A stretch of DNA of 17,880 nt from Candidatus Eiseniibacteriota bacterium (GTDB taxonomy: Bacteria; Joyebacterota; Joyebacteria; Joyebacterales; Joyebacteraceae), in NCBI GenBank assembly GCA_043819135.1, contig JBDRFG010000160.1:1-17880 (forward strand), written 5' to 3'. This document shows positions 8,199 to 16,871 of this stretch, piece by piece (positions within the stretch are counted from its first letter, which is position 1; every line of letters starts with the position of its first letter). A model generated the notes under the pieces. That model was given only the letters and a program-made list of their open reading frames with translations, was not told the origin of the DNA and ran no database searches. The translations under genes and the position numbers were made by a program.

Positions 8199-9869
8199 AT
8201 GTCTTCAGTTCGCGTTGCTCTCTCCACCCTGCTCGCGCTGTCGCTGCTTCTCCCGGTTCCTGCTCCGGCCGCCGGGCCGTCAGTCGCGGCTCCGTCCGAC
8301 GGGACGCCCGCCATACGCAGGCCGCCCGCCGACGTGCCGCTGAACCACTGGTCCTATCCGCTGCTCGAAAGACTCCAGACCAGAGGCGTTCTCGACCTGG
8401 ACCTCTCGACGCGACCGGTGTCGCGCTCGGACGTCGCGGCTGCTGTCAGCACGGCCCTGAGTTCCGACGCGCCAGCGTCCGGTTCTCTCAGTGAAAGGGA
8501 GCTGTGGATCCTCTCCAGGCTCGAGGCCGAGTTCGTCCGGGGCGAGGTCGATTCGCCCGCCTACAGCACGGGCACGGACGCGGCCTCGTTCGGTCTGGGT
8601 GTCAGGGTGTTCACGCAGTTGCGCCACGGTGGTGAGGCCGTCGAACTCAGCCTCTGGCCGGGAAGTGCGCCCGGCGGGATCACGCCCCTTCGAGACGTGG
8701 GTGTCGAGGAGGACGCGGAGGCACAGCTCGATGTCGCATCCGATATCGACTACGAGCTGTGGGGCGGCGTCGAAGGACTCGTCGGTTTCTACGCCGACAG
8801 CCAGCTGCTTCTGGGCGGGCAGGACGGGGCGCGGCAGGTACGTCTCTCGAGCAGGGTGCGGACCTGGCGAGGCGTCTCCGCCTCGTTCGAACGCGCATAC
8901 GTGAAGCTCGCGCGCCCGAGCTACTCCGTGGTGCTGGGGCGACGCGGGACCGCGTGGGGGCGTTCCAGGTGGGGGCGTCTGATGTTGTCGGGCACGGCGC
9001 CCACCTTCGACCAGCTGGACGTGAAATACTCGGTGGGTCCGCTCTCTTTCGAGGCGATGCACGCGCTTCTGGAGTACGAAGAACTGGGCACCGAGACCGA
9101 TCTTGGCGAGTCGGAGAACCCGTTTCTCGCCGCTCACCGGATGGTCGTGCGGGGAGAGTGGGGGAGCGTCGGGTTGGGCGAGGCCGTCGTGTACAGCTCC
9201 GTACTTCCCGATCCGGTCTACGCCAACCCGCTCATGCCCTACTACCTGGCGCAACACAACGAACGCAACAACGACAACGTCCTCTGGCTGCTGGACGGCG
9301 TCTATCACATTCGCCCGGGCGTGACCGCGTACGCGGAGTTCCTCATCGACGACCTCCAGTACGAGAGGTCGACCGACAGCCCCGACAAGTACGGCGCGAC
9401 GGTCGGCGGGGCCTGGTACGGCGCGGTCCGCGGTCTCGACGCCGAGCTGACCGTGGAGTACACGAACGTGCGCAACTGGACCTACACGCACAAGTTCATC
9501 GAGCACAGGTTCACGCAGGACGGGGCTCCGATCGGGTTTGAGCTCGGACCCGACGCCGACAGGCTCCGGGCCGAGTTCGTGTTCCATCCGGCGGTGAAGT
9601 GGTCCGTGGGGACCACCCTGGAGCGCGCGCGAAAGGGCCGCGGCCGGATCACCGATCCGTTCGAACCGGGCGAGAATCCCGAGCCCACGTTCCCGTCGGG
9701 CGTTGTCGAAACGAAGAGCAGGGTTGCCGTCGAACTCGGATATCAGGGTCTGGAAGGGCTATCGGCCGGACTCGGAGCGGCGTTCGAGTCGGTCGCGAAC
9801 GTGGGGAACTTCCTTGGGAAGGACGACGACGGATGGGAGTTCTGGGCCGGCGTTGAGTTCCGCATCTAG
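8199..9869 (+). CDS. Capsule assembly Wzi-family-like outer-membrane beta-barrel protein
   Basis: Signal peptide; N-terminal helical motif DVPLNHWSYPLLERLQTRG...TRPVSR. The segments GRRGTAWG...LMLSGTAPTFD, AAHR, GLGEAVVY, YAEFLIDD and PIGFELGPDAD resemble Wzi-family proteins. The terminal strand FWAGVEFRI fits a beta-barrel. Confidence 0.75.
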   Translation: MSSVRVALSTLLALSLLLPVPAPAAGPSVAAPSDGTPAIRRPPADVPLNHWSYPLLERLQTRGVLDLDLSTRPVSRSDVAAAVSTALSSDAPASGSLSERELWILSRLEAEFVRGEVDSPAYSTGTDAASFGLGVRVFTQLRHGGEAVELSLWPGSAPGGITPLRDVGVEEDAEAQLDVASDIDYELWGGVEGLVGFYADSQLLLGGQDGARQVRLSSRVRTWRGVSASFERAYVKLARPSYSVVLGRRGTAWGRSRWGRLMLSGTAPTFDQLDVKYSVGPLSFEAMHALLEYEELGTETDLGESENPFLAAHRMVVRGEWGSVGLGEAVVYSSVLPDPVYANPLMPYYLAQHNERNNDNVLWLLDGVYHIRPGVTAYAEFLIDDLQYERSTDSPDKYGATVGGAWYGAVRGLDAELTVEYTNVRNWTYTHKFIEHRFTQDGAPIGFELGPDADRLRAEFVFHPAVKWSVGTTLERARKGRGRITDPFEPGENPEPTFPSGVVETKSRVAVELGYQGLEGLSAGLGAAFESVANVGNFLGKDDDGWEFWAGVEFRI

Positions 9870-10695
9870 AGCGGCAGCGCTCGTCGAGCTTCTCCGTCCG
9901 GTAAACGGATTGATGGCGGCGGTCGCCGTGCTTGTGGGCGCGCATGTGACGCGTTCTCCGACGTTCTGGGGACCGGCGCTCACGGGTGCCGCGGCTGCAT
10001 TCGCCGCCTCGGGCGCGTCCAACGCGCTGAACGACCGTCTCGACGTCGTGTCGGACGTCATCAACCGTCCGGGCAGACCGATCCCGTCCGGACGCCTGAC
10101 GCGAGTGGAGGCCGCGACGACGGCGTGCGTGTTCGGCGCGGCGTCGATCGCACTGGCGGCGTTGATAGGGCCGAGGGCGGTGGCGCTCGCGCTCGCGTGG
10201 CTGGTCTTGACGGCGCTCTACTCCGTGACCCTCAAGGGCGTGCCGCTGGCCGGCAATGCGGCGGTGGCGCTCGTGGCATCCACGCCGTTCCTCATGGGCG
10301 GGTTCTCGCAGGGCAAATACCTGCTCGCGATCATTCCATGCGCGCTCGCGTTCCTCGTCCACCTCGCGCGAGAGATCGTCAAGGATGTGGAGGACGTCGA
10401 GGGCGACGAGGCGGCGGGAGTATGGACCTTCGCGGTCAGGCGCGGAGCCGCTGCCTCCTTCGCGGTAGTGCGCGGCGTCCTGATGATCCTGATAGCGCTG
10501 GCGGCGCTGCCGTTCGTGTTCGGGATCTACGGCTGGGGCTACGCGAGCGTCCTCGTCGTCATCGACGCCGCGCTCGTCCGGCTGATGCTGTCGATGGAGG
10601 CGAACTCAATGAGTAAGGGCTTTAGCAGGCCGTCCAATGCCCTCAAGGCAGTGATGGTGCTGGGGCTTCTGGCCTTCGTGGTGGGGGTGCTCTAA
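9853..10695 (+). CDS. UbiA-family prenyltransferase, digeranylgeranylglyceryl-phosphate (DGGGP) synthase-like
   Basis: ELLRPVN N-terminus, first Asp-rich motif NALNDRLDVVSDVINRPGRPIPSG, YS..LK..PLAGN, second motif AREIVKDVEDVEGD, and multiple TM helices. Start inferred at TTG 9853, overlapping the upstream gene end; the ORF-track extension to 9703 looks spurious. Confidence 0.85.
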   Translation: MSSASRAAALVELLRPVNGLMAAVAVLVGAHVTRSPTFWGPALTGAAAAFAASGASNALNDRLDVVSDVINRPGRPIPSGRLTRVEAATTACVFGAASIALAALIGPRAVALALAWLVLTALYSVTLKGVPLAGNAAVALVASTPFLMGGFSQGKYLLAIIPCALAFLVHLAREIVKDVEDVEGDEAAGVWTFAVRRGAAASFAVVRGVLMILIALAALPFVFGIYGWGYASVLVVIDAALVRLMLSMEANSMSKGFSRPSNALKAVMVLGLLAFVVGVL

Positions 10696-10697
10696 GC

Positions 10698-11504
10698 ATG
10701 ACCGTTCTACAGGGAATACTCCTGGGACTGCTGCAGGGATTGACCGAGTTCCTGCCCGTGTCGAGTTCGGGCCACCTGGCCCTCGCGGAGCACTTCTTCG
10801 GCATACGGAGTCCCGGTGTCACCTTTGAGGTGTTCGTTCACTTCGGGACGGCGATGGCGGTCGTGCTGTTCTTCAGGGGCCGCATCGCTAGCATTCTCCT
10901 GGCTCTCGCGCGCTGCGTCGTGCGGCTGAAGTACGACGCGGCCGAGGTGCGGCTGGCGCTGCACCTCATCCTCGCGACCGTCCCGGCCGCGGCGGTCGGC
11001 TACTTTCTCGCTCCCCGGATAGAGGCTGTGTTCGCGAGCCCCGTGCTCGTGTCGATCCTCCTCATGGTCACGGGTTTCATCCTGTGGTTCTCTGGGAAGC
11101 TCTTCCCGGGGACCAAGGCGCGTGGGACGTGGTCGGACGCGGTGGTCATAGGCGTCGCGCAGGCGCTCGCTATCCTGCCCGGGATCTCGCGCTCCGCGTC
11201 GACGTTGACGGCGGGGCTCGCCGTCGGGCTCGAGCGCAGGGCCGCGGCCGAGTTCGCCTTCCTGCTCTCGGTTCCGGTGATATTCGGCGCTGCCGCCGCA
11301 AGCCTGGGCGACGCTCTGAAGGCCGGACTGACAGGCGGTCCCGCGCTGGGGCTCGGAACGCTGGCGGCGTTCCTCTCGGCCCTGCCGGCGATCGCCCTGC
11401 TCCTAAGGGCCGTGACCGCGGGGAAGCTCGCCAACTTCGCGTACTACTGCTGGGCCGTGGGCGCGCTGTCGTTCGCGGTCATCCTGTTGGGACACCGAAC
11501 GTGA
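10698..11504 (+). CDS. uppP: Undecaprenyl-diphosphate phosphatase (UppP/BacA)
   Basis: Signature LQGLTEFLPVSSSGHL, HFGT, AQALAILPGISRS, AAEFAFLLSVP and FAYYC. Confidence 0.96.
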   Translation: MTVLQGILLGLLQGLTEFLPVSSSGHLALAEHFFGIRSPGVTFEVFVHFGTAMAVVLFFRGRIASILLALARCVVRLKYDAAEVRLALHLILATVPAAAVGYFLAPRIEAVFASPVLVSILLMVTGFILWFSGKLFPGTKARGTWSDAVVIGVAQALAILPGISRSASTLTAGLAVGLERRAAAEFAFLLSVPVIFGAAAASLGDALKAGLTGGPALGLGTLAAFLSALPAIALLLRAVTAGKLANFAYYCWAVGALSFAVILLGHRT

Positions 11505-11526
11505 AACCGCCGAAAGGAGGCATCGC

Positions 11527-12897
11527 ATGAGACGATGTCAGATCATCTCCACGGTCGTGCTGGCGGCGCTCGCCGCCGCGGCCTCGTCCGTTGCGGGCGA
11601 GCCGGGCGTATCCATCACCATATACAACCGGGACCTGGCGCTCGTGAAGGACACTCGAGAGATCAAGATCGAGTCCGGCGTCAACGAACTGAGGTTCGAC
11701 GACGTCGCGGCCAGGATCGACCCGACCAGCGTGCATTTCGAGGTGCTCGAGGGGCGCCCGGCGTACGTCTGGGAGCAGAACTACCGATTCGACCTCGCGA
11801 GTGCCTCCAAGATCCTCGACAAGTACCTGGAGACCGAGATCGACGTGATAGGGGAGAACGCCGACCTGTTCACGGGCAGGCTGGTCAGCTTCGACGCCAC
11901 GTCCATCGTGCTGGACCAGGGACGAGGGGCGGGGCCGGTCATCACGCTGAACAGGGACAAGGTGTCGTACATCAGATTCCCGACGCTCCCGTCCGGGCTC
12001 ATCTCGAAGCCCACGCTCGTATGGAAGCTCGGGGCCGACGAGGGCGGAGACAGGTTGGTCGAGGTCACATACATGACCTCCAGCATCAACTGGCACGCCG
12101 AGTACGTCGGCGTCATCGATGCCGCGGACAAGAGCATCGACCTGGCCGCCTGGGTGTCGATAGACAACCGCTCGGGCGCGACGTACGAGAACGCGCAGCT
12201 GGACCTCGTGGCCGGCGACGTGCACCGGGCGCAGGAACGCGCTCCCACCCAGATGTTCGACGAGGTGGAGGTGCGCGCCATGGGCGCCAAGGCGGCTCCG
12301 TCCTTCCAGGAGGAATCCCTCTTCGAGTACCACCTCTACAAGCTGGACACGCCTGCCACCGTGGCCGACCGGGAGATCAAGCAGCTGACCTTCTTCCCGA
12401 GCACGGACGTCGAGGTTGTGAAGGTCTTCGAATTCGACCACCAGCGCTCCGGGGACGTGCGTGTGCTTCTCGAGTTCGAGAACTCGGAGGAGGCCGGGCT
12501 CGGTGTGCCGCTTCCTGCCGGCAAAGTGCGCATGTACAAGGAGGACTCCGCGGGCGCGCTCCAGTTCATCGGCGAGGACCGGATAGACCACACGCCGAAG
12601 GACGAGGACCTGAGCCTCTACATGGGGAACGCCTTTGACGTCGCGGCCGAGCGCAAGACACTCGACTCGAGACGGATCACCGACAAGGTCCGTGAGGAGG
12701 ACTACGAGGTCTCTCTCCGGAATCACAAGGACGATGACGTGGTAATACGGCTCGTGGACCACCTCTACATGGACTGGACGGTCACCCGCACTTCGCACGA
12801 CTTTGAGAAGAAGGAAGCAGACAGAATCGAGTTCTCCGTACCGGTCGAGCGTGACGGGGAGGCCATAGTCAGCTACACTGTCAGGTACGAATACTAG
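11527..12897 (+). CDS. DUF4139/DUF4140-like secreted protein
   Basis: SD AAAGGAGG and a signal peptide. Motifs SITIYNRDLALVKDTR, IDPTSV, EQNYRFDL, YMTSSINWHAEY, IDNRSGATY, EYHLYKL, PLPAGKVRMY and FIGEDRIDHTP are typical of this family. Confidence 0.82.
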   Translation: MRRCQIISTVVLAALAAAASSVAGEPGVSITIYNRDLALVKDTREIKIESGVNELRFDDVAARIDPTSVHFEVLEGRPAYVWEQNYRFDLASASKILDKYLETEIDVIGENADLFTGRLVSFDATSIVLDQGRGAGPVITLNRDKVSYIRFPTLPSGLISKPTLVWKLGADEGGDRLVEVTYMTSSINWHAEYVGVIDAADKSIDLAAWVSIDNRSGATYENAQLDLVAGDVHRAQERAPTQMFDEVEVRAMGAKAAPSFQEESLFEYHLYKLDTPATVADREIKQLTFFPSTDVEVVKVFEFDHQRSGDVRVLLEFENSEEAGLGVPLPAGKVRMYKEDSAGALQFIGEDRIDHTPKDEDLSLYMGNAFDVAAERKTLDSRRITDKVREEDYEVSLRNHKDDDVVIRLVDHLYMDWTVTRTSHDFEKKEADRIEFSVPVERDGEAIVSYTVRYEY

Positions 12898-12991
12898 CCG
12901 TACGGTTCGCTGAGAGGCGTCGGTGCCGGCGGCCGGTCTGGCCGGACGCGGCAGACGCCGGTGAAGAACGGCCTGCATCCCGGAGGCATTC

Positions 12992-13720
12992 ATGGAGTCC
13001 GTCGGGGAGCTCCTTAAGCACGAACGTGAAGCGCAGGGCAAGACGATAGAAGACGTGGCCAGGGCCACGAAGATGAGCACGCTCATCATCGAAGGGCTCG
13101 AGGCGGACCACTTCAGCGTTCTTCCCGCGCCCGTCTACGTCAAGGGCCACCTGCGAACCTACGCGAGACATCTCGGGCTCAGCGAGACCGGGGTCGTCGA
13201 CAAGTACCTCAGGTTCACGCAACAGCAGGAGAGCACTGAGCTGGACGAATGGGACGCCGTCGAACTCGAACTCCACGAAGAGAAGCAGCGGTCGGGGCGA
13301 CGCTGGGTGTGGATCGCCGTGGTGGCAGCCGTTCTCGCGGTGGCGATCGTCGTCCGGTATGTGGTCACGCAGCGCGGCGACGCCTCCGAACCGGTGACGA
13401 CCGCTCCCGCTGTCGTTACCGAGCCCGTTCGTGAGACCGTGGTGGGCGACACCATGATAGAGTGGCACAAGCTCGAGCTCCTGGCGGTCGCCAGGGAGCG
13501 GACGTGGCTGAGCGTTTCGATAGACGGTGAGCCCGTTGCAGATCTCACGCTCGAGCGAGGTGAAGAGCGCCGGTGGGAGGCGGAAGAATTCTTCAAGCTC
13601 GACGTCGGGAACGGCGGCGGCCTTGCGCTCTATCTGGACGGCGAGCTCCTGGGCACGGCGGGGTCCGGCTCGCGACTGGTCGAGGGACTTGTGGTCGACG
13701 AGAACGGAATGTCGCGCTAG
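12992..13720 (+). CDS. rodZ: RodZ-like cell-shape protein (HTH, TM, DUF4115-like domain)
   Basis: SD GGAGG. N-terminal HTH ([24 protein letters not shown]...[19 protein letters not shown]), a single TM helix, and C-terminal [11 protein letters not shown]...[13 protein letters not shown]. Confidence 0.85.
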   Translation: MESVGELLKHEREAQGKTIEDVARATKMSTLIIEGLEADHFSVLPAPVYVKGHLRTYARHLGLSETGVVDKYLRFTQQQESTELDEWDAVELELHEEKQRSGRRWVWIAVVAAVLAVAIVVRYVVTQRGDASEPVTTAPAVVTEPVRETVVGDTMIEWHKLELLAVARERTWLSVSIDGEPVADLTLERGEERRWEAEEFFKLDVGNGGGLALYLDGELLGTAGSGSRLVEGLVVDENGMSR

Positions 13721-13821
13721 AGTTCCGTGGAGCGTGTCCGGAGATCGGCTGGCCGCGACCGTGCGCGTTGGAGATGGCACGCGGTCGCGGCTTACGACGT
13801 TGTGGAGGCGGTGGAGCGCCG

Positions 13822-16026
13822 ATGAAGAGAACCTTTGAGCTGACGGCCGGGTTCGAGCCGCAGGGCGACCAGAGCAGGGCCATCAGCGAGCTCTTGAAGG
13901 GCCTGGAAGAGGGCGGCCGATTCCAGACCCTTCTCGGCGTGACCGGCTCCGGCAAGACCTTCACGATGGCCAACGTCATCGCCCGATCCAATCGGCCTGC
14001 GCTCATCATCTCCCACAACAAGACGCTCGCGGCACAGCTGTTCGCCGAGTTCTCGGCGTTCTTCCCCAGGAACGCCGTGGAGTACTTCGTCAGCTACTAC
14101 GACTACTACCAGCCCGAGGCCTACGTCCCGGTCACGGACACCTACATCGAGAAAGACGCCGACATCAACGACGAGATCGACAGGCTGAGGCTTCGCGCCA
14201 CCGCCTCCCTGCTCGAGCGTCGCGACGTCGTCATCGTCGCTTCGGTGTCGTGCATATACGGCCTGGGCTCGCCCGATGTCTACCGATCGATGCTGCTTGC
14301 GCTGGCGGTGGGGCAAGAGGTCGATCGCAACACGATGCTCCGTGATCTTGTGGACATGCAGTACGACAGGAACGACGTCGAGTTCACCCGCGGCTCCTTC
14401 AGAGTTCGGGGCGACGTCATCGAGATACGGCCGTCGTACGAGGAATGGGCCATACGCGTTGAGCTCTTCGGCGACGAGGTCGAGAAGCTCTCCGTCATCG
14501 ACCTCGTGACGCGCAAGGTGACAGACGAACTCGAAGATGTATCGATATATCCCGCGAAGCACTGGGTGACCACGCAGGAGAACATCGAGCTTGCCATCAA
14601 GGGCATCGAAGCCGAACTCGCGGAACGGCTCAAGCTGTTCAGGTCCGAGGGCAAGCTGCTGGAGGCGCAACGTCTGGAGCAGCGCACGACCTTCGACATA
14701 GAGATGATGAAGGAGATGGGCTACTGCAGCGGCATCGAGAACTACTCGCGCCACCTTTCGGCCCGCGGCCCCGGGTCCAGGCCCGACGTTCTTCTTGACT
14801 ATTTTCCAGACGATTTCCTGATATTCATAGACGAATCTCACGTCTCCGTGCCTCAGCTGCGCGGCATGTTCCGCGGTGACCGCTCGCGCAAGGAGACGCT
14901 CGTCGAGTACGGGTTCAGGCTGCCCTCCGCGCTCGACAACAGGCCGCTCATGTTCGAGGAGTTCGAACGGTTCATGCATCAGGTGGTGTTCGTGTCCGCT
15001 ACGCCCGGGCCGTACGAGCTCACGAAGTCGGAGGGCGTGATCGTCGAGCAGATCATCCGGCCCACCGGTCTGGTAGACCCCGAGATCGTCGTGCGTCCCG
15101 TCGAAGGTCAGGTGGACGACCTGCTCGAAGAGATACGCACGCGGGTCGCCGGCGGAGCCCGCGTGCTGGTGACTACCCTCACGAAGCGCATGTCGGAGGA
15201 CCTGACGGACTATCTGGGCGGCCTGGGCGTCCGAGTGCGGTACCTCCACTCCGACATCGACGCGCTCGAGCGCGTCGAAATAATCAGGGGCCTGAGGCTC
15301 GGCGAGTTTGACGTCCTGGTCGGCATCAACCTGCTGAGGGAGGGTCTGGACCTGCCCGAGGTCTCGCTCGTCGCCGTCCTCGACGCCGACAAGGAGGGAT
15401 TCCTTCGGTCAGACACGTCGCTGATCCAGACCTCGGGACGCGCGGCGCGGAACCTCGGTGGTCGCGTCATATTCTACGCCGACACCGTGACGGGCTCGAT
15501 GGAGCGCGCGCTCGCGGAGATGTCCCGGCGGCGCGACATCCAGCTTGCCTACAACAGGAAGTACGGCATCGAGCCGAAGAGCATCGTGAAATCCGTCGAC
15601 GAGATCATGAGAGCGACGGCCGTGGCCGACGCCAGGAAGGACGTCGACCAGGACATCGAGATGCTCCATCTGGAACCGGGTGTTGACCGCGCCCAGATGA
15701 TGGCGATACTCGAGGAGCAGATGATGAACGCTGCGGCTCGCCTCGAGTTCGAGAAGGCCGCGTCGCTCCGTGATCGCATTGACGAACTTCGGATGGCCGA
15801 CGCGCTGGATGACGCCTCGGGACCGGGGAAGGCGGCGCCACGGGCCGGTGGACAGGGCGCGGGGCGCAAGGGGCGCCGCGCAGGGGAAACCGGGGAGCCG
15901 TCCGCCGGAAGGCCGATGCCGAAGGGAGCGCGCAGGCGCCGGTCGAAGGGCGCCCCAAGAGAGAAGCGCGGCGGTGTTGTCTACGGGAAGGACAAGGGGA
16001 AGGACAAGCGGGGGTCCAGGAAATGA
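13822..16026 (+). CDS. uvrB: Excinuclease ABC subunit UvrB, with a basic C-terminal extension
   Basis: [25 protein letters not shown], beta-hairpin [41 protein letters not shown] and the UVR domain ([16 protein letters not shown]). True start is MKRTFEL at 13822 (GGAG upstream), not 13573. Confidence 0.98.
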   Translation: MKRTFELTAGFEPQGDQSRAISELLKGLEEGGRFQTLLGVTGSGKTFTMANVIARSNRPALIISHNKTLAAQLFAEFSAFFPRNAVEYFVSYYDYYQPEAYVPVTDTYIEKDADINDEIDRLRLRATASLLERRDVVIVASVSCIYGLGSPDVYRSMLLALAVGQEVDRNTMLRDLVDMQYDRNDVEFTRGSFRVRGDVIEIRPSYEEWAIRVELFGDEVEKLSVIDLVTRKVTDELEDVSIYPAKHWVTTQENIELAIKGIEAELAERLKLFRSEGKLLEAQRLEQRTTFDIEMMKEMGYCSGIENYSRHLSARGPGSRPDVLLDYFPDDFLIFIDESHVSVPQLRGMFRGDRSRKETLVEYGFRLPSALDNRPLMFEEFERFMHQVVFVSATPGPYELTKSEGVIVEQIIRPTGLVDPEIVVRPVEGQVDDLLEEIRTRVAGGARVLVTTLTKRMSEDLTDYLGGLGVRVRYLHSDIDALERVEIIRGLRLGEFDVLVGINLLREGLDLPEVSLVAVLDADKEGFLRSDTSLIQTSGRAARNLGGRVIFYADTVTGSMERALAEMSRRRDIQLAYNRKYGIEPKSIVKSVDEIMRATAVADARKDVDQDIEMLHLEPGVDRAQMMAILEEQMMNAAARLEFEKAASLRDRIDELRMADALDDASGPGKAAPRAGGQGAGRKGRRAGETGEPSAGRPMPKGARRRRSKGAPREKRGGVVYGKDKGKDKRGSRK

Positions 16027-16871
16027 CGGTAGACGAGAACGTCCTCGAACTCGTGCGCCGGGCGCTGGCGGAAGACGTCGGTGCCGGCGACGTGACCACG
16101 GAGTCCACCATTCCGGCCGACCACGTCTCGCGCGGGACCATCACGGCCAGGGCGGACGGGGTCATCGCCGGCCTGGACGTTGCCGGGGCAGTCTTCGCGG
16201 AACGCGATCCGGAACTGTCCTTCACCGCTTGCGTCAGCGATGGCGACAGGGTGGTTGCGGGGACGGTGGTGGCCACGGTGGAGGGGCGAACGAGAGCGAT
16301 ACTGACGGGCGAGCGCGTCGCACTGAACTTCCTCCAGCGGCTGTCCGGCATCGCCACGGCAACCGCAGCCTGCGTCACCGCACTCGAGGGCGGTCGCACG
16401 CGCGTGCTGGACACCCGGAAGACGACCCCGGGCCTGAGGTCGCTCGAGAAGTACGCGGTGAGCGTCGGGGGTGGAGAGAACCACCGAATGGGCCTCTGGG
16501 ACATGGTGCTCATCAAGGACAACCACATCGAGGCGGCGGGCGGCATCGCCCAGGCCGTCTCGGCGGCGCGGGCGGATCGTCCGGACCTTGTCGTCGAGGT
16601 CGAGACGAAGTCGATCGACCAGGTTGCGTCCGCGATGGGGGCCGGGGCGGACAGGATAATGCTCGACAACATGACCGTGGAGCAGATGCGGGACGCGATC
16701 GCGCTCGCGCGTTCGGTCGATTCGCCGCCGGAGATCGAGGTCTCGGGCGGGATAACGGGCGAACGGCTGCGTGCCATAGCCGAACTTGGACCCGACTTCG
16801 TCTCCGTGGGCGCGCTGACTCACTCCGCGACGGCAATGGACATCTCCCTCGATCTCGAGGCCCGACAGTGA
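16023..16871 (+). CDS. nadC: Nicotinate-nucleotide diphosphorylase (quinolinate phosphoribosyltransferase)
   Basis: [62 protein letters not shown] and [12 protein letters not shown] overlap with uvrB. Confidence 0.97.
   Translation: MTVDENVLELVRRALAEDVGAGDVTTESTIPADHVSRGTITARADGVIAGLDVAGAVFAERDPELSFTACVSDGDRVVAGTVVATVEGRTRAILTGERVALNFLQRLSGIATATAACVTALEGGRTRVLDTRKTTPGLRSLEKYAVSVGGGENHRMGLWDMVLIKDNHIEAAGGIAQAVSAARADRPDLVVEVETKSIDQVASAMGAGADRIMLDNMTVEQMRDAIALARSVDSPPEIEVSGGITGERLRAIAELGPDFVSVGALTHSATAMDISLDLEARQ

Noticed and set aside
11507..11520. CCGCC-GAAA-GGAGG hairpin over the DUF4139 gene SD
   Set aside because: Only four base pairs split by a mismatch; too weak to support a regulatory claim.
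11479..13089. Long antisense or alternative-frame ORFs (536 aa here; also 13792-15249, 8280-9587, 15605-16777, 2272-3216, 4126-5049 and others)
   Set aside because: Shadow ORFs expected from GC-rich codon bias, lying opposite or within well-supported genes, with no recognisable motifs.
13573..13821. N-terminal extension of UvrB in the ORF track
   Set aside because: It overlaps the rodZ-like gene and a hairpin and has no protein-like composition. The conserved UvrB start MKRTFEL at 13822 has its own SD.
15770..16867. 634-aa ORF suggesting a large N-terminal extension or fusion on BirA
   Set aside because: The upstream part is R/G/P-rich off-frame translation over uvrB and nadC. BirA similarity starts at the GTG overlapping the nadC stop.
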